This document shows positions 24,024 to 36,100 of a DNA stretch of 64,000 nt, piece by piece. Every line of letters starts with the position of its first letter. Positions within the stretch are counted from its first letter, which is position 1. The position numbers were made by a program, and so were the translations under genes. The notes below the pieces were generated by a model. The model ran no database searches. It was not told the DNA's origin and saw only the letters and a list, made by a program, of their open reading frames with translations. Source of the DNA: Phallusia mammillata (lineage: Eukaryota); the NCBI GenBank assembly GCA_965637545.1, contig OZ281499.1, forward strand, positions 19,406,001 through 19,470,000. Reading direction: 5' to 3'.

Positions 24024-25760
24024 AGGGCAGTGACGCAGTGTTGTTGAGTTATACGCCTTAAAACGTCACTGTCTCTTTCAAACAAACCTTTGCGCCTATG
24101 CTAACTGTAAAATTAGGGATGTTGTGGATTTTTTTCGGGTTTTGACCAGCTTTTTTTATCCATGCTTGTACATCCGTTTCAAAGTTTTCCTCACTAAGAA
24201 GAGACTGCAAATTGGATATCAAACAAGTGATTTAATAACTTCTGTAAATCGCCATGTAGTTTTTACAATAACTAAAATTTTCGCGGAATGAAAAGCTCCA
24301 AATTTCCCATTTTGCTGGTCAAGCCTATTTTTTGTGTGGATTTAAGTTTATTTATTACACATACTTACTCCAGTTCCGTTTTCCTGCTTGACCCGGCCAT
24401 CTAGTCAGTATGGGGCAATGGCATCTTGGATGGTTGTAAAACACGACAGACTCGCTTTCTACTTTTCTAGGCTAATTTGCGGCGGTTGTATGCAGAGCAG
24501 TTAGTTGAGGCAAGTTTGTGTACTTATACGTTGGCCGCGCGGGGACGATGGCGGTTCGAACTTTGTTTCAGGTTGTTATTCAACAAATCAGACGAACAAT
24601 CTGTTTGTGCCTAAAATAAACGACTATTCTACGGCTTTTGTGGCAATTCCTACTCAAGATTAGTGTTTTTTGAACTGCAATTACGTTTCTCGTCGTTTTC
24701 TTTCGTTCATCCACAAAACTGTGTGCGGGTCCACTTTTTCTATCCTTTCAATTCCTATTAAGTAGACCAGTTCTTGTTGGGGGTGTTGTGCCTTTTACAT
24801 CAGCCGACAGATTCTTTATTGTATTACTGGGTATTTTTATCGCTCGTCGCTCGCTCTAACCGCGCGAACCGCCATCGTCAAGTGATAGAACGTGAAAAAG
24901 TTTAGTTGTCAGGTTTTGCTGTTGTTCCCTTCCAAGTCGACTGATGTTAAATTGTAAGTTTCTAGTTTTTTTCTTGTTAATATCTAGAGTCTAGTTGTGT
25001 TTTTGTTTTTCAGGATTGGAGTCAAAATATCAGTTTGTATGTATTAAAAATATAGAAAAATGTAAAACAACTTTTACAAAACCATGCAATGCAATTTAGA
25101 ATTTAATCAGTTATTCTGAAATATGTGTTGTTACTAACCTTCTGTTTTGTTTTTCAGCTGATAACCTTTTATGTTTTTACAGGTTTAAACTTACTCTGTT
25201 TTTGTTTTTCAGATTTTAATATTTTTCCACAGGATTAACAAATTGTTTTTTCAGATACAGAAACCTTTTTAAATTGTTCAAACTTTCTAACACTTTGTTT
25301 CGTTTTTCAGGTTTTGGATTTCTATAAACGATGAATATTTTAAAACTTTCAGATATGAATTTGCACAAACTTTACTTTACATTTGCCAGAAGAGTTCTAC
25401 TGTTGATTACTTTCAAGTTTGCTGCAAACCTTTGTTGTGACTTTATATCATTTAACTATCGCTTTTAGGCATTATATGATTATTATAATTGATTTAACCG
25501 AATGCACCCCTAAAATAGCGCTTTATAACTTTATGCTGAGGCACATTCATGCTTTGTTTACATCAAAAAGTTGCTTTCTCAAATGTTTTGTGTACTTCTG
25601 TTTAATTGTGCTTCTGCGTCTATTACTTGAAAATTATGCATCTTATTGCTTTCTTACTACTCTAAGCTGTTTCCTATTTGCAATATTGAGCTTAACGCTG
25701 TTTATATACTACTTGTCCAATTGGCACTGCTCTTTGCTGTTTTTACCTGTGTGGCTAAAC

Positions 25761-26141
25761 CAGCGGTTCTCAAACTGGGGTCCGTGAGGCAATTTTGGGG
25801 GAACTGCAAAAAAGTTGAAGTACTTCTATAATCTTATTTGGCGCCAGTTTTGTGCCACTAAATGAGTTTGAAAGTAGAATTGTGAATCGACTTTCCCCAT
25901 TGCTAAACAAAAATATGCAATTGTGCGCGCACAATCGTAATATTTCTGTCTTGTCTGCAATGTCACATGCGGTTTTTGAATCATTGTTATGCGCAATTTT
26001 GCACAACTAGCTAAAATCCTGCAATCAACTTTCGTTTTTCTGAAATACACATTCCAGCTACTGCTAAAAGGACCACGAACCCTCGAAATAATGGCAAAGG
26101 GTCCGTTTAAAAAAAATAATGAAGAAGTTTGAGAAACACTG
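25761..26141. mobile_element. hAT-type MITE (381 bp)
   Basis: TIRs cagcggttctcaaact / agtttgagaaacactg and a perfect 8-bp TSD ggctaaac. Confidence 0.9.
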
Positions 26142-26634
26142 GGCTAAACTAATCAAAGTGATGTTTAGTGTAATAGTTGGTATTAACGACAATTTCAACT
26201 TAACAGTATTAGATCGAAATTAACATGTTTATGCGCCTTAACATCTGTAATGTCCTTTGTTGTCTTTCTTCAATCTAATACAACTTGTTTTGCAACTTAA
26301 AGTTTCGGATCCCAAGGTTTTACTTTCATATGGTAACACGTTTAAAGAACAGCTGCTGCCGGCAATTGTTTGCCAAATCTGTCTGATTGCTTAGATCACA
26401 TAAAAAGAACCAGAGGTACGTGTTTGCCAACCTATGGAACCATAAATTGTTATGTAAAACGCTGCAGTGTAGTCTATGTGCATTTTTGATCGAGGGAAAC
26501 CTAATTTTTACATTTAGCAAACAATGTTCATGAGGATATTGTCATGTCAATTACCTTTTTTATAAGTTTATATACATATAAAACGATCTAGTTGGTTACG
26601 TTAAAATGTAAAAACAACAGCACTACACAGAAAC

Positions 26635-27148
26635 AGAAGTATGCACTACAAAGGGTTTTTATTGAAAACGATTTTGTACAAAAACTAGACAATACCAAAA
26701 AGTCGGTGGTAGTAATTTTGAGAAATTTTTCGATTGTAGAAAAATACTTATATAATGCACCAAAAAAGCAATAAAACAGACGTTTTGAAATTTGGGTTCA
26801 CGTACTCTGGCTCCAACAATAAAAATTGATTGTTATTGACAAATATGTTGCTTGTTAAACCTGCACCTAAAATACCAAATCCATTAGAAGTATGTACTTT
26901 TAAGGGTTTTTATTTAAAACGATTTTGTACAGAAACAAGGCATAATTACCATAAAAGTCGGTCGCATTAATTTACAAGGATTGTATCGAAAGAAAATACA
27001 AAGGTAATTGTAAAATTCATGTAAAAATAAGCAATAAAACAGTCGTTTTTAAATTTGGGTTTAGGCACTCTGGCTCCAAAATATAAGATTGTTATCCATG
27101 ATAAGTTTCCTTGTTAAAAACTTGCTCCTAAAATGTCAAACCTATTAG
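26635..27148. repeat. Diverged tandem duplication of a ~250-bp unit (related copy at ~18940-19045)
   Basis: Two units each begin agaagtatg(c/t)act..agggttttt...aaaacgattttgtaca and share aagcaataaaacag.cgtttt.aaatttgggtt...actctggctccaa. Confidence 0.8.
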
Positions 27149-30100
27149 GCGAGTGTCTTTCTGTCTTTGTTGAAGCTCATCATACGACCGATACGAGGAG
27201 CCGGGTTCATGTAACCATGTGGAGTTTCTGCATCATTTGCTGTTGCATCGTAACCTGGAGCTGGTGCATCTTCATCTTGTGCTACTTCAACTGGGAAGGG
27301 AGAGTCTCCTGCAACCTCTGCGTACTCGTGGAAGTCCGGATCGTCATCATCTCCGAATCCAGGAGGAACTGAAGAGCTTCCTGATGCCACATCTTTATCT
27401 ATCTCAACTGGATAATCTAACTGACCTGTTATTATATTACAAGTTTCCAGACCAACAAGTAAAAAGACCAGTCAAAACTGTTTCATAAAACATATTGAAA
27501 ATTTTGTTAAAAAAAGTTTCAGGTATTTATTTATTTGCCGAGCCCTTTTTTAGTTTGCTCAAAGAACATTAACTTCACGAGGGGTAAGCTTTATGAGTTT
27601 ACCCTTTTACACGATTTTAAACTTTAAATTAAAACTTTTACCCTTAAGCTATATCGATTTTAATGAAGTAAATCCCTGTGTTAAAGATTGACAAACGAAT
27701 TTTTTTCATTACAAAAATTTAACCCAAAGAATCATATGCTGCATAAGTAACACACTGACACAGTTTTCTGTAAACCGTACTTTTATCAAGGTCATCGATG
27801 TTGACTTTAGTTTGCTTTTTATCTTCGTTTTCCGTTTCATCTGTAGTTCCCTCCGCTGCTTCTCCTTTATAAATCATGTGTTTGTGATTAGCAATTTATT
27901 TTCTCTGCCAAGTGTATAACTTTAAACTAGTAGTGTTCAATGAACAACCGAAGTTTTCGACCGTTAAAAACGTTTTTTGGTCTTTTTGCTTTGTGTGTTG
28001 TTGAAACTTGTAAGCGATTTACAACTTGGCCCTGTCGTATCATGCCTTGCACTTAGTAAATAAGCAGAAAATAAAACAGTTTTAACAAACTTTCTTTCTC
28101 TAGTTCGGCCTCTTGATGCGCCTTCTCCGAAATAGCGTGTGTGATGTTTTTGTAAGCTTGCCTCCACCATGAGTAGTTTTCTTCATCTTCGCCTGAAAGC
28201 GCATCTGAAAAACAGATGTTGTTGCTTTCGAAATTGTGTTTGTACAGTTGATACCTTGCAGCAAAAATAAGTTGGAAAAAGACATCAAAATACTTCTGCA
28301 CAATGTACGGCCCCCTTTTGTTTCTTCACTATTGCAAGTCAAAAATATGTGAAATAATAACCTGTTTTGTGACCAAGGTGTCGCTTGTGTAGATTTGTCT
28401 CCTCATCAATATGTTCCAAAGTCTTATTAATTCTGTCCATTCTAGAATTAGTACGCGAACGGTTAAAGGTTATGCAAAATAGTTCAAGACGTAAACAGGC
28501 CCGAAAGCACTGCTATAAAGATCCTTTACATTTTACGTGCGATAGGTTAACTCTGTTTATGCACTGTATACTATAGTATTGCAATTCATTCAGCATCATT
28601 CCAACAGTGCAGATTCATGATTTGTGAAGTTTAAACTAGGGTGTGGTACAAACGCTGTTCTAAGTACCTGAAGGTTTTGCTCGACGTAATATTGATGGAC
28701 ACAAAAATGCTGTTATGATTAAAGAAATATTGTAATTGGTAACTTACCTATTAACCCAGTAGTCGTAACCTCCTTCCCATTCTTCGATCTGTTGATCCAG
28801 CTCTCTCTTCTCCTGATCTCTTCTCCTCCTCATTTCGGTCACCGGATCATCTTTGTTTTCTTTTTTGTCGCTTTTGTTGCGGAAATACCTCAAACGGGTA
28901 CGTTTCGACCAAGCCACCTAACAACGAATTAAGACATGCTAAATTTTGTTGGAAAATAAAATACTTTGGAAATAAATTAGTGTTAATTTCATTCCCACTA
29001 CTTGTTTACATTTTGTTTAATTGCATAAAACAGTTGCTGCTGATCGGTTACTTGAGTAAAGAATCTGTTAAAGAATAAATTAATGTTCTCAGTAACCCTA
29101 CCTCTCCAAAATGAACAAAGAGTGCGATGAAAGATCCAATAAGCAGAGTGATAAACATCCCTCCAAGATTTCCGATACCAAGTCGATTGGACTCGATGTC
29201 AAAAGAGGCTTCCTTGCATTCCGTTCTAAATGAAATAATATCACCAAAAAAGAGAAAAAGCAAATTTAAAAACGTTTGTAAGGTGTCATTTTTAGCAAAG
29301 ACTGAATCCATTTTGACACAGGTTTACACATTTATGCCATTGGCGTTTATAATGCAAAGTGCTCTGCAAATTCAGCTAACCTAAAGTTAAACCACTTGGC
29401 CTCCAGCTCTTGTAGTGTCCCGTCGTCCCTTAAAGAAGCAATTGCATCGCTAAAGACTGCGGTATATCTGGAGTTGAGTTGAAAAGGTAGGGCGTATTGG
29501 TACTCCCAAAAACCTATGCAAATAAGTTATATCACATACTTCATTTCTAAAACCAATATTTAAACGTGAACAGTACCTTCACCGACTCGGGCGTACTGAC
29601 AGCTAAGTTGTTCTGCTTTTGCTACAGCTCTAAACGGCGCCAGAAAATAAAAACTGCCCTCCGAAATTCTGTTGAAAGCGTCCTCAGTGGTGTTGAAGAT
29701 ATTTTCAGGTTTATCTTGCAGATGCTTCCAAATGGTGGTGAATGGTGTGGTTTCGGCGTACGGCAGAAAGTACTTAAGCATGTGAGCATCAACAGTTGTG
29801 CCGTAGTCAAAATGCTCCTAAAATTTAACCAATAAGGTTAAGTCACTTAATTTGGTCCAGAACAACACTAAACTAAAATCATGATCTTACGTTGTCAAGG
29901 CTATGCAGAAACTATTCATGATTTCGAACTAGATAGGGTTACAAAGGTTTCTAAAAGTATTGGTGGGGGAAGTTGATCGTACTAAAGTACCCAAACCTCA
30001 GTGTTTTACCGCGTAACGGTGTGAAACCTTTACCTGCGCTAACAACTCTTCAAGGTTGGCTACTTCCTCTGAGAACTCCTGGGTTAAAAAAGCTGTGAGA

Positions 30101-33100
30101 TTAGCGGTGTAAGCTGCTATGACGAGCATAGTGAAATACCACCAAGTCCCGGTAATCATTCTACCAGCATAGGAACGAGGTTCAATGTCAACTCCCTGGT
30201 GCACCAGACCACCATAAGTCATCCACATACTGTTACCGAATCCTGTGTGGTAAAACAAGTTGTTGCATATTTATGGTCAATGCAGTATAAATGCAGTATA
30301 GTCTTAAAAATGTACAATTAATTCTTCATAGTTGAATATGTGGTTTCCCACAAAACGGTCGGACAAAGATCAAAGACCTGATATCTTTTTTATAAACTCC
30401 TATGCCTGAATATATCTGTTTGTGTATTTTAGTAATTTTTCATTATTCTAAAAAACGTTTCATCTCTTATAATGTCTTGTGCTTTTTTTACACAAGAAAT
30501 ATACAAAAATATTCAATATTAAGTAACTTATGCACAAATCCATTTCTACCAAAATACATTATAACTTACATTAACCGTTGCATTATTTTTAACAAATCAA
30601 TAAACTTACCGAGCCTGTCAAAATTCTCCACCCCAACATCTTCATTTGTGTCATCCAGGGCAAGTTTTCTCCACTCAAACGGGTTGAAATGATTGACAAG
30701 AGCTAGCAGGAACGATACAACCACTAGAGAGGAGCAGAGAGCCACCCACGAATCAAACGTGAACGGTGCAAGAAACTGTAGAGGCCGAGATATATAACTC
30801 AAAATCGAAAGTTTATTTTAGCTGTCATATCTTGCTAAATGATGATACGTAAAATGATGTCAACTCAAGCTGCATTTAATTATATTAACCGGTTGTTGGT
30901 TTCGCCGAACATCACAAGTCAGTCCCTAGATTAAGGCGGAATTTGGTTGAATATTGAGTTGAGTTGATTTCGCTCGGTGAAAGAAAACATACCAACGCAA
31001 TTGTACTGAAGCATTTACTGAGTTACGGAGCGCAAAATAGTAGAACGCACAAATGGTGGGTGGTTAAGCATGCTCCATCAACGCTGTTATTACAAGGCGT
31101 GATGCGTTTTGTGTACATATCCGTACTTTATAAAAAAAATCACATTAGTCAAATACCAAAAAGGTCACAAATCAAATTTGTTTTATTTACATTCTTTGGA
31201 TCACTGATTAAATTATATTTGAGCACATACCAAACGTATACCTGCCATATGTTGACTGGTTGTTCGTTCCCAGATGCTAGAGTAACCATGAAATAGGACA
31301 CTTGCTGAAACGCAATGGAAAGTTCTTCGCTTCCCAAATACCCACCAAGTATGGATCGAGTGTATAAGACAAATTCGACCTGTAGAACAAAAATTGCGCC
31401 ATAATCATAGGGGTTATAGGGGTCGGGGTCGGCTTATGGCAAAAGTTTGATTAAAATAGACTTGATTTGGGCCTGGATTTACACCCGGCCTCATTTGTCC
31501 CTTTTCATCAAGTTTTGGGCTGAATTCCCGGCTGTGTTTTCAACCATTTAAAGTTCGGTTTGGGTGTTAAGCTTGTACCTTTGGGTTCTGGTGCCTATTT
31601 CGTGCCTGCTTTGTGCAGAACTTCTATAAGATTCTTAGTTTTTACGATAAAAGATTACGACTTGTTTCTCAGCTTTTAAATTTTACACTCGAACATTGAG
31701 TATATAATTGATATTTTACAATGACTGACCTCTTTGTTCCTCAACATTCGATTTACTTCTTCTCCTGTTTCGGCGTCATTCAAGCGGTCGGCGCCAGTTC
31801 GTTCGTTCCAGTAGAGCTCGTATTTGAAGTTCAGTCGCCTTGACAAAGTTTCAATCAAGTCGATCAGGAATCCCTCGTATGTTGTCTCTTGCGTCACCTC
31901 GTTTGTGTGCCATTTTACCCAGGGTAGCTCCTGTAAAGCCAAGTTATCAACGTGAATGCTGCGTCGTACACAGTTATTAACCATTCGCAATGAATCGCTT
32001 TTTACGGGGTTTAATGGGGCCCACGATTAATTATAGAATTGTAAAGTGAGCCCAGGCTTTTTGGGCTCAGACTTAAATTTGTATGTGGGACTTTATTCCG
32101 GCTTGTGTCCCAATTTTACCAACTTTAGGTACTATTTTGGACTGCGTTGTTTTTAAATTAGGTTCAGACAAGGTCTGGCCCGCTTGCAACTCTGATAAAC
32201 ATTTGTGCAGTGAAGTAAATATGTAAAAAATTACATGTCTTTTGAACTGTGTGAACAAAAATCACACGGTATTTAAAATTTTACTTACATAAACTATTCC
32301 CACTTTGAGAGGTTTTTCCGGAAATACGACAGCAGCTTGAACGAAAGGAATGTAACCCGGTTGAAAGGATTTGTCCTTCCAATAACCTTGCTAAAAAGAG
32401 AATAAAATTATTATTAGCAGTCAAAGTAATAATGGAACATAAAAAAAATTGGGAATGATGCAAGTAAGAGTTTTGTGAAGCCGTGAATAGGAAGCATAAA
32501 AGTGTAGGAAGAGTTTAGTATTTTTATATGAATGCAATTATAAATAAAACTTGTAGCAGAAGCACTTACTAGAGACATTACGCCCTTTTCATTTCCAAGA
32601 TGATGTTCCAGAAATTCAATCCTGTTTGGTCCGATTTCATTTAAACCTCTCATGTATAGCTCAGTACAAGTTCCGACAGAGTAATACTGAAACAAACTTT
32701 GTTTTATTTTGCGAATTTCATGTCCAAATATATGAAAAGTTATGAAGGGTGATGCAAAATTGAGTCGCACTTTTTCTCCCTTTGAAAAGCTTACCGAGGC
32801 TCGCTACATGCAAACGTTTTTGAAACCAATTTTAGCAGTAAGTGCAGTAAGATTAGTATCGACTTACCGAGCCTTCCGAGAAACTTTTTGCACCTTGGTC
32901 GATTCCACATTGACTATCGTCCGACAAAGGAACGTCGAAACATCCGATAGAAATCGCAGTTTGGCAAGATTGTCCGATTCTCCTCAGAGCGTCTCTTGTC
33001 ACAACTGAAAAGTTAAGTTATGTGTTACAATTCAAACCCAGCGTACAAAATCAAGTCAGACAGAATCAACCGCCATGCGATTTCGGTTCTGTAATATACC

Positions 33101-36100
33101 GGTGTAAAGAATGTATCCACCGAATAGTTGATACTGAAGGGTAGTATAAACTACATTTTTACTTCAACCTATGATGCCAAGGGTCCAACTTGATTCGGTT
33201 ACTAATTGCTTGGTAGTCAAACTTATACTTTCATGACAACGCGTGGCGTACAACTTCTTGCGACTTCTTATAAATCATTCGGTTGATTCGGTCGAATTTA
33301 CTCAGCAAAACCGCCGAATTTCGGTTTCGGCCGAATCGAAATTTCGCCGATTAGGTACATCACTAATAAAAACAATGATCAAGCGCAATGCGGTTTTTCA
33401 AGATTGAAGTTTGTTAAACGCTGTTTTTTTAACACCCAACCTATTTACAACACAATCGCTTAAGCGACGTAAGACAGTTTCATAATCACAAAGGGGTCAA
33501 GTTGCATTTAAGTTTCCTTATTGTAACCTGTTATAATGTCGTCCCTTGTTTCTCGTTCAGACAATCCCAGAAGGTAGTCGGTCTCCAGAATTTCACGAAT
33601 CGTCTTCGAGCTGATCACAGTCAAACGCACACTGGATTCCAAAAAGTCTTGCAGAAGCAGAGGATGGGTTTCCTGCAGATACAATTTGTGTTTGTGAAAC
33701 ATAACAATGTCCCACAACTAAATAAACGTAATCGGTTTGCATAGTAAAGATCAAGTTTGCCGTTTTAAAGACAATTTTAGTACCTTTACTCGTATCGCAT
33801 ATTTCTCGAAATCCAGTTTTACACCCTGTGTGGCCATTTCAATGACTGCTAGACTTAAATATTTAATAATTATATATCTTTGCATAGTTCAGCATTTTTT
33901 AGCGCAAAAGCGAGTGTTCCGCTACATGTCAGTTAAAATATGCATTACTGCAGTGTTTAAAGTTAAAATAAACCTTCGATGTTGCTATTTCCAAGTAAAA
34001 ATATTGTTTAAGTTTTCTGCATGCTGCGTGTTCTTTTTTATGTGTTTCAGGCCAACTTACAATGTTGGGAAGGAACCAGTGGTTGACTTCGCTGACCATC
34101 GAGAGAAACACAGCCTTGGTAAGAACCGATGTGGCAATCTTGTGGTCGCAGATCAAAATGTACGTTCGATATCCGAGAAGACGAACAGACTGGAACACAG
34201 AAAATAAATGGAATTGATGTCTATAGCTTGTTACACTGTAGAAAGATATATAATGTGAAAATATGTGCTGAGAAGCTAATACGAACAGACCAACGCAACA
34301 AGCAACAGGGCTTTGTGGTTCCGCCTTAAGCAGGCTTTCCACCTTAGCTGCGTAGCTCATCAGTTGGTTAAGGAGTAGACCAGGATCGGCTCTTGTCGTG
34401 GGTTCGAATCCCAGCGTGATGAGTTTTTATGTGCCTTGTAGTATTGGATATGCTTGCGAGGCCGTCTTGATTCAATAAACAGCGCTTCTAAAATACCCTT
34501 TTCGTGCCAAGATATGAAATATCGCTACATTTACATCACCTTGTGCTAGTTGAGATAGATTTAATTTGCGGACAAATGGAATTTTAATTACTACTTTGTT
34601 GGTTTAACTGCTGTAATACGATTTAGTCCTTTTTACCAGCAATTGTGAATAAGCTGCTGCTCAGAAATTCAGGCCAAATGAGGCGTATCGCATAATTACC
34701 GAGTTGCTATACGGATTGCCATACCACCAATTGCTGTTCACAAGCGTTCAGCGCGATCATACAGTAGCATGCAACGTAGTACAGAAAACAGAGTCATGTT
34801 CTTACGTGTAGATTGATATTGCCAAGACTTTTATCTCTGGTATTGTTTATTTATGCTTTATTCACTTACTTTTAGGATATCCCACATTTTTTCCTGGTCT
34901 TCAGGTATCACCCAAACTTTTAAGTTAATGCCCCGTTGGCGAGCTAAATCCAAATCTTGGTATCCGAATGCAAGTTCTGATCGAAAAGGAGAAGTAGGTC
35001 ACAAAACTGCTTTTAGGGTTTATTTTAAAATTTGAATTGCGGTGTCCCCGTTTGACAAACAGCCAAAAGTATTACTTAATTTGAACGTCGAAATTTTATT
35101 TGTTTGTTTACTGTATATGTTAGTTCTCTTTTCTATTTGAGAATTTATTTGTGCCGTTTTTTATAGGGTAATCAAAGTATAAGTACTTACCACTACTTAC
35201 CAGAACTTGTTTATGTTTTATGAAACTGTTTAACAGTCTTTTTAATCCTATATTGCAGTAGTTCTCAAACTGTGCGTCGCGACGCCCTGGTGCGTCGTTT
35301 AAATTGTCCAAGGGCGTCGCAGAATATTCGTTTCGTTTTGTTGTTGTATCCATAAACGCAACTTTAATAAAAAGTTTCCTCATTAACTTTTATTTGATAG
35401 TGCGTCGCAAGTGCAGAAAACGTTTCCAGAGGCGTCGCAACAACAAAAAGTTTGAGAACCACTGCTATATTGTTTCGACTGTATATATTGATGTTGTTTC
35501 TATCGAGTTACTGTTTAAAATTAGTGATAATATGCCTGTTTATTCTCTTCACAACGATAAACAGGAACAGGTATTTTCAGTTCCGGTTTAATTAAAACAT
35601 TTCCCTACCTTCATTTCCATCATAAAACACTGCCGCAGTTTTCCACTCGTATTTTTCTATTGCGTCATACATTGCCATCATGACGTCAAAATGGGACGGA
35701 AACATGTACATTAGAAAATCGTCACCTGGTTCACAATGCTAAAAGCAAGCAAATTGCAATTCACAGAAAACTTACAGTTTTTCAAAAACATATAGCCTAT
35801 TCTAAAACGCCAAGATAGTCTAGTGTTAAACGCCAGCGTTCACAAAGTTGCTGGTTCTAAACCTTTCTAGGCCACTTGTTTTTCCATGCAAAAATCTAAG
35901 CGACTTTACTCCCACCCTACGGGTTTGAACCATTAACAAACTCCTGAAATCTATTAAAAACGATTTAAAGGACATTTAATAATACAAACAAGCATAACAT
36001 GAAGCTTGCTTCTTCTCAATACATTAATTGGACTGTTAAATGCACATTTAAAAAGACAGTTATAACATAACAAACCTCTCGGACCATGCCAATGAAAAAC

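Noticed and set aside
25419-25787. 122-aa hydrophobic ORF
   Set aside because: The Leu/Phe/Cys-rich composition is expected from T-rich non-coding DNA, it runs into a MITE, and it has no motif.
30778-30802. ORF-track N-terminal 'MSYISRPLQ' as part of the receptor
   Set aside because: Phase analysis places the acceptor at ctctacag| (exon starts 30775), so these residues are intronic.
33737-34360. 156-aa (+) and 143-aa (-) ORFs
   Set aside because: They are intronic to the iGluR gene, not needed for its phase-consistent model, and have no recognisable domain.
34347-34420. tRNA gene
   Set aside because: A and B boxes are present, but there is no proper acceptor or anticodon stem; treated as a SINE head.
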